A stretch of 64,000 bases of DNA, taken from contig CAKPPO010000001.1 in NCBI GenBank assembly GCA_934177725.1, forward strand, positions 70,820 to 134,819. The letters are read 5' to 3'. Below, piece after piece: positions 49,891 through 59,093 of this stretch. Source of the DNA: an uncultured Clostridia bacterium. Its GTDB lineage: Bacteria > Bacillota > Clostridia > TANB77 > CAG-508. The notes under the pieces are model-generated. The model was not told the origin of the DNA. It saw only the letters and a list, made by a program, of their open reading frames with translations, and searched no databases. The position numbers were made by a program, and so were the translations under genes. Positions within the stretch are counted from its first letter, which is position 1. Every line of letters starts with the position of its first letter.

Positions 49891-50874
49891 ATGAAAAATA
49901 TAGCAATAATAGGTAGTGGAAGCTGGGGTGTAGCGCTAGGTATACATTTAGCAAAACTAGGAAATAAAGTAAAAATCTGGTCTTTTATGCAAGAAGAAGC
50001 AGATTTAATAAACAACGAAAGAAAGTGCAAATTTTTACCAGAGGTAACATTACCAGAAGGAATATATTGTACAACTTCATATGAAGAGGCAATAAAAGAA
50101 AGTGAAATAATATTACATGTAACACCATCAAAATTTACTAGAAATACAGTAAAAGAATACAAAAAATATGTAACAAATCAAACTATTGTAATATGTACAA
50201 AAGGCTTTGAAAAAGAAACATTATCATCATTAGATGAAGTATTTAAACAAGAAATACCAAATTTAAAACTTGCTGTTTTATCAGGACCAAGCCATGCAGA
50301 AGAAGTTTCTAAAGCAGTACCAACAGCAATGGTAATAGCATCTGAAAATGAAGAAATAGCAAATGAATTAAGAGATATATTCATGAACGAAAACTTAAGA
50401 GTATACACATCAAAAGATGTTAAAGGAGTAGAATTAGGGGGAGCATTAAAAAATATAATTGCATTTTGTGCAGGAGTTGCAGCAGGAATAGGACTTGGAG
50501 ACAATTCATTTGCAGCACTAATAACAAGAGGACTATGCGAAATTTCGAGACTAGGAGTAGCGTTAGGAGGAAAATACGAAACATTTTATGGACTAACAGG
50601 ACTTGGAGACTTAATAGTTACATGCTTAAGTGAACATAGTAGAAATAGAACAGCTGGAAAGCTTATGGGACAAGGAAAAACATTAGAAGAAGCAAGAAAT
50701 CAAATAGGAATGGTAATAGAAGGCGTAGACAATATAGAAGTTGCATATGAACTTGCACAAAAATATGATGTAGATATGCCAATAGTGAATGCAGTATATG
50801 ATATGTTATATAACAATTTATCACCAAAAGAAGGAGTAATAAGACTAATGACACGTGACAAAAAAGCAGAATAA
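49891..50874 (+). CDS. gpsA: NAD(P)H-dependent glycerol-3-phosphate dehydrogenase
   Basis: Start at MKNIAIIGSGSWG after AAGGAG (the track ORF extends spuriously to 49837). GALKNIIA and GLGDL motifs. Confidence 0.93.
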   Translation: MKNIAIIGSGSWGVALGIHLAKLGNKVKIWSFMQEEADLINNERKCKFLPEVTLPEGIYCTTSYEEAIKESEIILHVTPSKFTRNTVKEYKKYVTNQTIVICTKGFEKETLSSLDEVFKQEIPNLKLAVLSGPSHAEEVSKAVPTAMVIASENEEIANELRDIFMNENLRVYTSKDVKGVELGGALKNIIAFCAGVAAGIGLGDNSFAALITRGLCEISRLGVALGGKYETFYGLTGLGDLIVTCLSEHSRNRTAGKLMGQGKTLEEARNQIGMVIEGVDNIEVAYELAQKYDVDMPIVNAVYDMLYNNLSPKEGVIRLMTRDKKAE

Positions 50875-50944
50875 TCACAATTGGGACAGTCCTTAATTGT
50901 GAAATTTGGACAATCTGCGACAGATTTAAGGAGAAACAAAAATT

Positions 50945-51382
50945 ATGAAATTAGTTATTCAAAGAGTAAAGCATGCTAAGGTAGAAGTTGAAAACAAAAT
51001 AGTAGGAAAAATAGGGCAAGGTTTTCTTGTCCTTCTTGGTGTAGGTCCAGATGATACAAAAGAAACAGCAGATTATTTAGTACAAAAGCTTATAAAACTA
51101 CGTGTGTTTGAAGATGAAAATGGTAAAATGAATCTTGCCTTAAAAGATATAAATGGGGAATTATTAATAGTTTCTCAATTTACATTATATGCAGATTGTT
51201 CAGGTGGTAACAGACCAAGTTTTACATTAGCAGCTAAACCAGATATAGCAAATGAGTTATATGAATATTTTATAAGTAAGTGCAACAAAGAAAATGTAAA
51301 AGTAGAACATGGAATTTTGGGGGCAGACATGAAGGTGGAACTTTTAAATGATGGTCCAGTAACAATAATTTTAGAAAAATAG
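50945..51382 (+). CDS. dtd: D-aminoacyl-tRNA deacylase
   Basis: MKLVIQRV..., SQFTLYAD and NDGPVTI motifs. 145 aa. Confidence 0.93.
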   Translation: MKLVIQRVKHAKVEVENKIVGKIGQGFLVLLGVGPDDTKETADYLVQKLIKLRVFEDENGKMNLALKDINGELLIVSQFTLYADCSGGNRPSFTLAAKPDIANELYEYFISKCNKENVKVEHGILGADMKVELLNDGPVTIILEK

Positions 51383-51393
51383 AAAAAAATAAT

Positions 51394-51430
51394 TAACCTG
51401 TTTTTTTGCTCCGTCCCTAAAAACAGGTTA
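51394..51430. terminator. Bidirectional terminator between dtd and the convergent gene
   Basis: taacctgttttt / aaaaacaggtta stem. The loop contains cgtccc. Confidence 0.75.
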
Positions 51431-51435
51431 TATTT

Positions 51436-51732
51436 TTAATATGGGAACCTTTCATATAAATATCGAATTAATTCATCAACATTATTTTCGCTAACATTAA
51501 TTAGAACATCTTTATCTAAACTTACCCACATATTAATTTTAAAATCATCTTTATTATCCATAAAAACTCCTATAATATCAGCCATTTCAATAGGATTTTT
51601 ATATAATTTTTCCCATTCTAATAAAGAAGATTTTTCTTCATCAATATTTATATTTGTTTTATTATAAAATCTATTTAAAAATTTGTAAATTTCACCTTTT
51701 TCATTACTAAATAACTTTACAATTGTACCCAT
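51436..51732 (-). CDS. Hypothetical protein (98 aa)
   Basis: Start chosen at MGTIVKLF after AAAGGAGA on the minus strand (the track ORF extends to 51828). No motif recognised. Confidence 0.5.
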   Translation of the reverse strand: MGTIVKLFSNEKGEIYKFLNRFYNKTNINIDEEKSSLLEWEKLYKNPIEMADIIGVFMDNKDDFKINMWVSLDKDVLINVSENNVDELIRYLYERFPY

Positions 51733-51829
51733 CAAAAAATCTCCTTTTATAAATATTATAGAAAAAAATTTTTTATATATACTAGGAATAAATTTCAATT
51801 TTTTAGAAAAACTACAATTGAGGTGCAAT

Positions 51830-52762
51830 ATGAATAAAAAAATTTTTTTGATAATTTTTAGTATAGCAATAGTAATAATTTTTGTGGCTTATATAGTTAC
51901 TTCTACAAATAATTATATAAAAAGCAATAGTAAGAAGATAAATGAAAAAACAGAAGAAGAAATAAAACAATTAGAAGAAAAACTAGTAGGAATGATAAAT
52001 AGTTTAAATAATATATCTTTTACAAATACAGTATTAAAGCAAACTAGTGAAAAAAGTTCGAGCACAAATTCTAACAACAATTCATTTAATAATTCTTCAG
52101 ATAACTCATCAAAAGATTCAAATAATGAACAAAATAGTCAGTCTTCAGGAAATTCTGATAATGATTCAAATAGTATTAGTTCGAAAACAGAAGAACAGGT
52201 AAAATATGAAATACAAAAGAATGATATATTGTTAATAGATTTGTCTAATATAGACTGGGAATATATAAAAGCAAATACAGAAAGTATATATAATTTGTGG
52301 GCTAACTTAATAGTAGACTTACATGAATTAAATGTAAATAATCAGGATATTTTAAATTTTAGTAATACATTGGATCAGGTAACATTAAGTGTAAAACAAG
52401 AAAACAAGTATTCTTCAGTTACAAATTTAGTTAGCCTTTATTCGTATTTACCAACATATGTAAATCAATTTTCAAATAATGAAAACGAGAAAAATCTTTT
52501 TTTAACAAAAAATTGTGTATTAAATACGTATGCATTAATTGAACAACAGAATTGGGATGAAATGAAGAAACAAACAGCAAGTGCCATAGAATATTTTTCA
52601 AATATTATGAACAATATAGAAAATAATGAAAGACAAAACAAAAATAAAATTACAAAAATCTATGTTCTTTTAAATGAATTATATTCTAGCATAGACTTAA
52701 AAGATAAAGAACTGTATTATATAAAATATAGAAATGTTATGGAAGAACTGATAAATTTCTAA
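51830..52762 (+). CDS. Membrane-anchored hypothetical protein with Ser/Asn-rich low-complexity linker
   Basis: Start at MNKKIFLIIFSIAIVIIFVAYIV after GAGGTG. A low-complexity SSSTNSNNNSFNNSSDNSSKDSNNEQNSQSSGNSDNDSNS tract follows the anchor. Confidence 0.55.
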   Translation: MNKKIFLIIFSIAIVIIFVAYIVTSTNNYIKSNSKKINEKTEEEIKQLEEKLVGMINSLNNISFTNTVLKQTSEKSSSTNSNNNSFNNSSDNSSKDSNNEQNSQSSGNSDNDSNSISSKTEEQVKYEIQKNDILLIDLSNIDWEYIKANTESIYNLWANLIVDLHELNVNNQDILNFSNTLDQVTLSVKQENKYSSVTNLVSLYSYLPTYVNQFSNNENEKNLFLTKNCVLNTYALIEQQNWDEMKKQTASAIEYFSNIMNNIENNERQNKNKITKIYVLLNELYSSIDLKDKELYYIKYRNVMEELINF

Positions 52763-52799
52763 TTTGACTTTTATTAAAAAATATATTAAAATAAGAATT

Positions 52800-53148
52800 G
52801 TGAGTAAATTGAATAGTTGCGTATAGCAAGGTCGAAAGACAGCGTACGAGGAAAGTCCGGGCTCCATAGAGCAAAGATGCAAGATAACGTCTTGTGAGGG
52901 TAACCTTAAGGAAAGTGCAACAGAAAATAACCGCTTCGACGAAGTAAGGGTGAAAAGGCGAGGTAAGAGCTCACCGCTTCTATGGTGACATAGAAGGCCA
53001 ATGTAAACCCCATCTGGAGCAACACCGGGACAAGAAGGCTAAGACTGCTCGTCATCTTCTTAATCTGGTGGCTTTGAGCTACATAGTGATATGTAGAGTA
53101 GATAAATGACTATTCACGACAGAACCCGGCTTATAGATTTACTTATAA
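52800..53148 (+). ncRNA. rnpB: RNase P RNA, bacterial type A
   Basis: GAGGAAAGTCCGGGCTCCATAGAGCA, AGTGCAACAGAAA, GTAAGGGTGAAAAGG.GAGGTAAGAGCTCACCGC, GTAAACCCCATCTGGAGCAA and CACGACAGAACCCGGCTTAT are collinear with the E. coli M1 RNA conserved blocks. The ends (tgagtaaat / atttactta) can pair as P1. The ends are approximate. Confidence 0.92.
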
Positions 53149-53153
53149 TATAT

Positions 53154-53187
53154 GAAAAACACTTGGTTTTAAGTCAAGTGTTTTTTC
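53154..53187. terminator. Bidirectional terminator between rnpB and the RluD-family gene
   Basis: gaaaaacacttg / caagtgtttttc stem. Confidence 0.75.
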
Positions 53188-54072
53188 TATAAAGACATTA
53201 AATCATCTGGAATATTCGCAATATAAGTTACCTCTTTATTTGTAATTGGATGAACAAAACTTATTTTGTATGAGTGCAAAGCTTGTCTTTTCATAAAATC
53301 AGTATTCCCACCATATAAATCATCACCTAAAAGAGGATGACCTATATGTGCCATATGAACTCTAATTTGATGAGTTCTACCAGTTTCTAAAGTACATTTA
53401 ACAATAGAAATAGGTAAGCTTTCTAAATTCTTTTCTTCTAAAACCTCATAATGAGTAATAGACTCTTGTCCATTATTTGCAACACATCTTTCAATAATAC
53501 TATTTTCTTTCCTAGCAATAGGGGCATTTATAGTTCCGCTTCTTACAAGAAAAATGACCTTCAACAATGGCAATATATTCTTTTTTAAAAGAAGCATCTT
53601 TCATTTGTTTAATTAAGCATTCTTGTATATATTCATTTTTAGCAAAAATAACTAAGCCAGAAGTATCTTTATCAATTCTATTAACAGGTCTAATTTTCTT
53701 TTGCAATCCAATTTCATCAAAATAATAGCAAACACCATTAGATAAACTATCCTCATAATGAAGAATAGAAGGGTGAACAGGAATTCCATAAGGTTTATTT
53801 ATAACTATGTAAGCTTCATCTTCATACACAATATCTAAAGGCATTTTAGTTTTAACAATATTTGAATTATCTTCTTTGTATGAAAAAGAAACTGAAACTT
53901 TATCATTTTCAGTTAATTTATGTGAGACATTTGTAACACTATTATTTAAAAAAATACAATCTTCTCTTTTTAATGTTACAAGAAGTCTATGAGAAATATT
54001 AAATTTAGTAAGTAAAATATCTTTTACACATTTATTTGTATCATTTGAAGTTACAATATATTCTAAATTCAT
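53187..54072 (-). pseudogene. RluA/RluD-family 23S rRNA pseudouridine synthase, split by a -1/+1 frameshift into ORFs 53512..54072 and 53187..53597
   Basis: The N-terminal ORF has an S4-like domain, VINKPYGIPVHP and the catalytic RIDKDTSGLVIFAK, and ends ...YIAIVEGHF. The C-terminal ORF continues ...SGTINAPIARKENS...GRTHQIRVHMAHIGHPLLGDDLYG. The frames switch at an A5 run at 53550-53554 (T5 on the coding strand). Confidence 0.8.
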
Positions 54073-54113
54073 AATTTACCTCTCATTTTTTAAAATACAC
54101 CTTCGATGTAACT

Positions 54114-54575
54114 TTAATAAATCACTTTTCCGTCTTTTTCATATTTTTCAAAAGTAGATATGCATTCATCTCTATCAATCTGTTTTAAAGTTATTAAATC
54201 GTCTTTGTTTCCTTTAAGGTATTCGTATATCAAATCATCACGAAAACCGATTTTTGCGGCATCCTCACGCGTACATGCATAGTATATTTCTTTTATATTA
54301 GCCCATATAATTGCAGATAAACACATAGGGCATGGTTCACATGATGTATATAATATATAATTTGACAAATCATAAGTATGTAGTTTTTCACAAGCGTTAC
54401 GAATAGCCATTACTTCAGCATGAGCTGTTGGATCATTGTTTTTTAATACTTGATTATGACCAGTCGCAATAATATTTCCTTCCTTATCTGTAATTACAGC
54501 TCCAAATGGACCACCATCATTTTTACCGCTTCCATTTTCAGCTTCACTTTTAGCAATTTCCATATATTTATTCAT
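54114..54575 (-). CDS. guaD: Guanine deaminase (CDA-fold, GuaD-like)
   Basis: GGPFGAVI, HAEVMAIRNA and CEPCPMCLSAI zinc motifs, plus FRDDLIYEY. Collinear with B. subtilis GuaD as I recall it. Confidence 0.7.
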   Translation of the reverse strand: MNKYMEIAKSEAENGSGKNDGGPFGAVITDKEGNIIATGHNQVLKNNDPTAHAEVMAIRNACEKLHTYDLSNYILYTSCEPCPMCLSAIIWANIKEIYYACTREDAAKIGFRDDLIYEYLKGNKDDLITLKQIDRDECISTFEKYEKDGKVIY

Positions 54576-54700
54576 TATAGTTAACCTCCTTAATTAAAGT
54601 ACATTAATTCTAACATAAAAAAAATAAAATTTCTACTATTGTATACTTTAAAATTGTATATTATAATTCTAATAAAAGAAAGGAAAATGTTTTAAGAAAA

Positions 54701-55339
54701 ATGAATATAATAAAACCAATTATTATTAATGTTGAACGAATACAAAAAGAAGATTTAGAGCTTTTATTAGAGGATAAAGATGAAATATATATACGAGAAA
54801 AAGAAATTATAAATTATCAAGATAAAATAGATTGTTATAAAGCAGAAATATCTAAGTGCAAAATTTTAAATTGCAGATGTATAAATAGTAATTTTGAAAA
54901 GGCTTCTTTTTCAGATGTGATCTTTGAAAATTGTGATTTTTCTAATACTAATTTTATAGAAAGTTCATTTGTAAGAACTGCATTTATAAATTGTAAATTA
55001 GTAGGATGTAATTTTACAAATGCAATGTTTTATAATACTTATATAAAAGAAGCAAATGCAGGATATACCAATTTTAATACATCAAGTTTTAAAGAAGTAA
55101 ATTTTGATACTGCAAATTTGGAATGTGCAAACTTAGAAGATGTAAAACTGTATAATGTAAAGTTTGAAAATTGTAATCTCTTTTCATCTAATTTTTTCAA
55201 TACAAAATTACAAGGAATCGATTTTACAAGTTCAAATATAGAAGGAATAATAGTAGATATGCAAAATATAAAAGGAGCAATTGTAAACCAAATGCAAGCT
55301 ATAGATTTATCAAAATTGCTTGGAATTATAATTAAATAA
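54701..55339 (+). CDS. Pentapeptide-repeat protein, Qnr/EfsQnr-like
   Basis: 212 aa. A continuous A(D/N)LXX-type repeat runs from ~residue 60 to 190 (e.g. ASFSDVIFENCDFSNTNFIESSFVRTAFINCKLVGCNFTN). The C-terminal tail ...QMQAIDLSKLLGIIIK resembles Gram-positive Qnr-like proteins. Confidence 0.75.
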   Translation: MNIIKPIIINVERIQKEDLELLLEDKDEIYIREKEIINYQDKIDCYKAEISKCKILNCRCINSNFEKASFSDVIFENCDFSNTNFIESSFVRTAFINCKLVGCNFTNAMFYNTYIKEANAGYTNFNTSSFKEVNFDTANLECANLEDVKLYNVKFENCNLFSSNFFNTKLQGIDFTSSNIEGIIVDMQNIKGAIVNQMQAIDLSKLLGIIIK

Positions 55340-55353
55340 TATGGAGGTTAAAT

Positions 55354-56271
55354 ATGATAGAAGAATTTAAATTTAAATCTAGTACAGGAAAAGAAATTTA
55401 TGCCAAGAAGTGGTATGATGAGAATCTTAAAAAATATAAAGGTGTCGTTCAATTAGTACATGGAATGGAAGAATTTATAGGAAGATATGATGAATTTGCA
55501 TTATTTTTAGCGTCAAAAGGATATATGGTAGTTGGGCATGATCATATAGGACATGGAAATAGCGTTAAAGATGATAGTGAACTTGGAAATTTTGGATGCA
55601 AAGACGCATGGTTTAGATTAGCTGAAGATATCCATATTTTACAAAATAAGGTAGCTAAAGAATATCCTAATATTCCATATATAGTAATGGGACATAGTAT
55701 GGGTTCTTTACTAACTAGAACATATTTAACAATATATAATGACAATTTATCAGGTGCTATTATAACTGGTACTAGTGGTCAAAAATATGGCTTACATTTA
55801 GGAATTTTACTTGCTTCTATTATAAAGATGTTTAAAGGCGGTGATTATAAGAGCAAGCTTTTAGAAAGATTAGTCACAGGGTCTTTTAATAACAATTTTA
55901 AACCTACAAGAACTGAAGCAGATTGGACTACAAGTGATGAAACTAAAGTAGATGAGTACATGAAGGTCGCAAAGCCAAATAGAAAGTTTACAGTAGATAG
56001 TTATATAGCTTTATTTAAAGGAAGCATATATCTAAACAGAAAAGATAAAATTAAAAATACTCCTAATGTTCCAATATTAATATTTTCTGGTGATAAAGAT
56101 CCTGTTGGTGCAAACGGCAAAGGAGTAAAAAGAGTTTATAATATGCTTAAAGAAGCGGGAGTAGAGAGTATTACTTTTAAACTATTTGAAAACGGAAGAC
56201 ACGAAATGCTTAATGAAGTTAATAGAGAAGAAGTATTTGGCTTTGTGTTAGAGTGGATAGAAAATATATAG
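55354..56271 (+). CDS. Alpha/beta hydrolase (lysophospholipase/monoacylglycerol lipase-like)
   Basis: HGMEEF...GHDHIGHG, nucleophile elbow GHSMGS, GDKDPV, and a C-terminal H in RHEMLNE. Confidence 0.8.
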   Translation: MIEEFKFKSSTGKEIYAKKWYDENLKKYKGVVQLVHGMEEFIGRYDEFALFLASKGYMVVGHDHIGHGNSVKDDSELGNFGCKDAWFRLAEDIHILQNKVAKEYPNIPYIVMGHSMGSLLTRTYLTIYNDNLSGAIITGTSGQKYGLHLGILLASIIKMFKGGDYKSKLLERLVTGSFNNNFKPTRTEADWTTSDETKVDEYMKVAKPNRKFTVDSYIALFKGSIYLNRKDKIKNTPNVPILIFSGDKDPVGANGKGVKRVYNMLKEAGVESITFKLFENGRHEMLNEVNREEVFGFVLEWIENI

Positions 56272-57983
56272 TAATTATCCTACAAAAATATATACATGTA
56301 TTTATAAACTTTGGACTTATATTAATATCTAATAAATATTATAAAAAAGAAGAAAAGATAATAAGAATATTAAACTTGTTACTTGTATTGTTTACTATTA
56401 TAATAGCAGTATCAGCAATATATAGAATGTATATGTATGAAACAGAATTTGGATTAACATATTTAAGGACTTTTGTTTATATAGTATTAATTACAGAAAT
56501 AATTGCATTGGTTCCAATAATAGCATATATATTTAATAAAAAAATTGATTTTATAAAATGGTGTTTAATAGTAGGAATTTCTATTTATTGTATAGCTAAT
56601 TATATAAATATAGAAAAGGTTATTGTAAGTAAAAATATTAGTAGAAATAATATACGTCCAATAGATTACAAATATATATCTAACATTGTTAGTGAAGATA
56701 GCTACGAAATTTTAGAAGAGAGGTTAAGAAAAGAAGAAATAACTGGAGAAGAAAAAGTAGACATTTTAAATATTTTATTAAATATAGCAAGTAATACTAA
56801 AGACTTAAGCTGGCAAGAATTTAATATTTCGAAATATGAATTACAAAAAAGAAAAGTTAACATACAAGAATTGAATAAAGAAATAGAAGAAAATAAAAAA
56901 TATTACAATTCTACAAGTGAAGACAATATAGATACTTGGAAATCTAATTATGAAACAATATATGAATCTGAACAATTAAAAAAATATGAAAAAGATTTTA
57001 ACACATCAGAAATAAATGGATTTATAATATCAACTAATACATATACAAAGCCAAGTGAAATAGATTTAGAACAAGTATTTTACAATGGTGCAGGGTTTAA
57101 CAATGAAGTGTCCAAAGAGGAACTAGAAGAATATAAAAAAATTAGAGATTATTATGAAACTGATATAGTTAAAATTACAACAAAACAGGCAGAAAAAGTG
57201 TATTATGATAATACAGGAGAAAAATTAGAAAATTTAAAAGAAAGACTAAAAAATTGGACATATATAGAAAAATATGATGCTTATTATAAAGAAAATTCAG
57301 ATATAAACTTTGAAGAAGTACATTGTAAAAAAGGAATAATGGATAAACAAAATAAGATATTAAAAATACAATTAAACAATAATAGAATAATTTCTATAAA
57401 AATGGATTATGACCAGGGAACACATTATATTATTTCAAATACAAATAATGAGAATTTAGTATCAGAAAATAAAGGCATAGAAGCGGCTTCGAACATCTTA
57501 TATGAAAAGAAAATAGATAAAAATACTATTATTAGAGTGAAAAATTTAGGAGAAATACTAGCACAAAGATCAGTAATAGATATAGAAAAATCAACAGATG
57601 GAGGAAAAACATATATAAGTCAAACAAAAGAAGGTATTACAATACATAATGGAGCGGAATTTATGTTTATAAATGAAAAGATAGGATTTATTAATGACCC
57701 TGGGCTTGCAGGAACAGGAGGAGAAAACAAAGGATTTTTAGTTACTACAGATGGAGGAAAAACATTTAAAGATGCTGATATTATACATCCAGATAATATA
57801 GAAGAAAAAAATTTACTTGTAAAAGGAGTTCCGTATATTGAGGATGAAAAGTTAAAAGTAGTAATATATACTTTAAATCATAGTAAAATCCCTGAAAGAA
57901 CGTATTATGAATTTACTTCAAATGATAATTGGATTACTTGGGAGTTTTATAAAAAGAAAGAAAATATAGAAAGAAAACTTTAG
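56253..57983 (+). CDS. Membrane protein with C-terminal domain carrying two BNR/Asp-box-like motifs
   Basis: 3-4 N-terminal helices (..YRMYMYETEFGLTYLRTF..). STDGGKTY and TTDGGKTF motifs lie near the C-terminus. The GTG start overlaps the upstream gene by 19 nt and lacks an RBS, so the start is uncertain. Confidence 0.5.
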   Translation: MDRKYIVIILQKYIHVFINFGLILISNKYYKKEEKIIRILNLLLVLFTIIIAVSAIYRMYMYETEFGLTYLRTFVYIVLITEIIALVPIIAYIFNKKIDFIKWCLIVGISIYCIANYINIEKVIVSKNISRNNIRPIDYKYISNIVSEDSYEILEERLRKEEITGEEKVDILNILLNIASNTKDLSWQEFNISKYELQKRKVNIQELNKEIEENKKYYNSTSEDNIDTWKSNYETIYESEQLKKYEKDFNTSEINGFIISTNTYTKPSEIDLEQVFYNGAGFNNEVSKEELEEYKKIRDYYETDIVKITTKQAEKVYYDNTGEKLENLKERLKNWTYIEKYDAYYKENSDINFEEVHCKKGIMDKQNKILKIQLNNNRIISIKMDYDQGTHYIISNTNNENLVSENKGIEAASNILYEKKIDKNTIIRVKNLGEILAQRSVIDIEKSTDGGKTYISQTKEGITIHNGAEFMFINEKIGFINDPGLAGTGGENKGFLVTTDGGKTFKDADIIHPDNIEEKNLLVKGVPYIEDEKLKVVIYTLNHSKIPERTYYEFTSNDNWITWEFYKKKENIERKL

Positions 57984-58123
57984 GAATATCCTTGCCAAAG
58001 TAGGAACTTAAAAAAGAAATGTATGGTAATCTTTAAGGTTACCATATTTTTTTCTATTTAATTAGCGTAATTGCAACAAAGCACATTTCCTAGAACAAAT
58101 CATATTATAATACAAGGGGGAGA

Positions 58124-58579
58124 GTGATACAAGTGGCTTATTCAGATAGAGAGTTATTAGCAAGAATAGTGCAGTGCGAAGCGGGAGGAGAAGGAGACAA
58201 TGGAATGAGAGCAGTTGCATCTGTTGTAATGAATAGAGTAAATGTACCATATGGCGAATATGCGAGAATATCACAAGGTGGAAGTATTAGAAATATAATC
58301 TTTCAGCAAGGTCAGTTTGATTGTGTAAGAGAACAATTATATAATATTTACAATCCTCAAAATATATATAATATGAATCCAACAGACATACACTACAATA
58401 TTGCAGATTGGGCAATTGCCGGAAATAGACTAAATGATATAGGAGAATGTTTGTGGTACTTAAACCCATTTAAGCCAATTTGCGATTCTACATTTCCTCG
58501 TAATGGCTCAGGCACATTTCATACAAGACTTGGTGATCACTGCTTTTATAGACCAACGTCTAGTTACGCAAATACTTAA
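58124..58579 (+). CDS. cwlJ: Spore cortex-lytic enzyme, CwlJ/SleB catalytic-domain family
   Basis: GTG start after AAGGGGGAG. LLARIVQCEAGGEGDNGMRAVASVVMNRV and FQQGQFDCV motifs (Hydrolase_2). 151 aa with no peptidoglycan-binding domain, and adjacent to gerQ. Confidence 0.75.
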   Translation: MIQVAYSDRELLARIVQCEAGGEGDNGMRAVASVVMNRVNVPYGEYARISQGGSIRNIIFQQGQFDCVREQLYNIYNPQNIYNMNPTDIHYNIADWAIAGNRLNDIGECLWYLNPFKPICDSTFPRNGSGTFHTRLGDHCFYRPTSSYANT

Positions 58580-58599
58580 ATGAAAGGAATGAATTTTTT

Positions 58600-58920
58600 A
58601 TGCAAGAAACTTCGAATAATGAAAATAGACAAATGGAGGGTGGAGTTCAAATAAACTCAAATAGCCCAGAAGTACTAACAAATAACATATATACACCAGC
58701 GTTTTTAAGAGAACAGATAGGAAAATTAATGAGAGTAGAATTTTTAATTGGAACTAACAATTTGGTAGATAGAATAGGAATTTTAGAAGATGTAGGAGCA
58801 AGTTATATTCTTCTTCGTTCTTTTGAAAATGATAGTTTAGTATATTGTGATTTGTATTCTATTAAATTTATTACAATTTCAACAACAGGAACATATGCTA
58901 TGAATAATAGATATTGGTAA
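58600..58920 (+). CDS. gerQ: Spore coat protein GerQ
   Basis: The C-terminal core LREQIGKLMRVEFLIGTNNLVDRIGILEDVGASYILLRS...YCDLYSIKFITI matches GerQ-family architecture. It is paired with cwlJ, as in Bacillus. Confidence 0.7.
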   Translation: MQETSNNENRQMEGGVQINSNSPEVLTNNIYTPAFLREQIGKLMRVEFLIGTNNLVDRIGILEDVGASYILLRSFENDSLVYCDLYSIKFITISTTGTYAMNNRYW

Positions 58921-59093
58921 AAATAAAATTATATTATATTTATATTAACACCTTTAATCTTAAATATTATTGGTGTTATTTTATTGTAAAAATTTATATC
59001 TAACAATATAGAAATTTATGAAAATGACTTGTACTTTTTCCTTTTTCCTTATATAATATTAAAGTATTAAACTAAAAGGAGGAAACAAGTAAA

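Noticed and set aside
2759-50939. About 45 minus-strand ORFs of 60-126 aa in the supplied track that lie inside + strand genes (e.g. 2759..3043, 5580..5795, 8155..8457, 15441..15758, 17364..17744, 23503..23856, 31311..31682, 39058..39363, 46371..46742, 49815..50162).
   Set aside because: Each is antisense to a gene with clear family motifs. They lack RBSs and have low-complexity L/F/I/S-rich translations, which is what the reverse complement of AT-rich coding DNA produces. They are treated as spurious.
53512-53597. Programmed ribosomal frameshifting as the explanation for the overlapping RluD-family ORFs.
   Set aside because: There is no known precedent in this family and no obvious stimulatory structure. 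A homopolymer indel (a mutation or a sequencing error) is the simpler explanation. It is kept as a finding only as a frameshift to verify.
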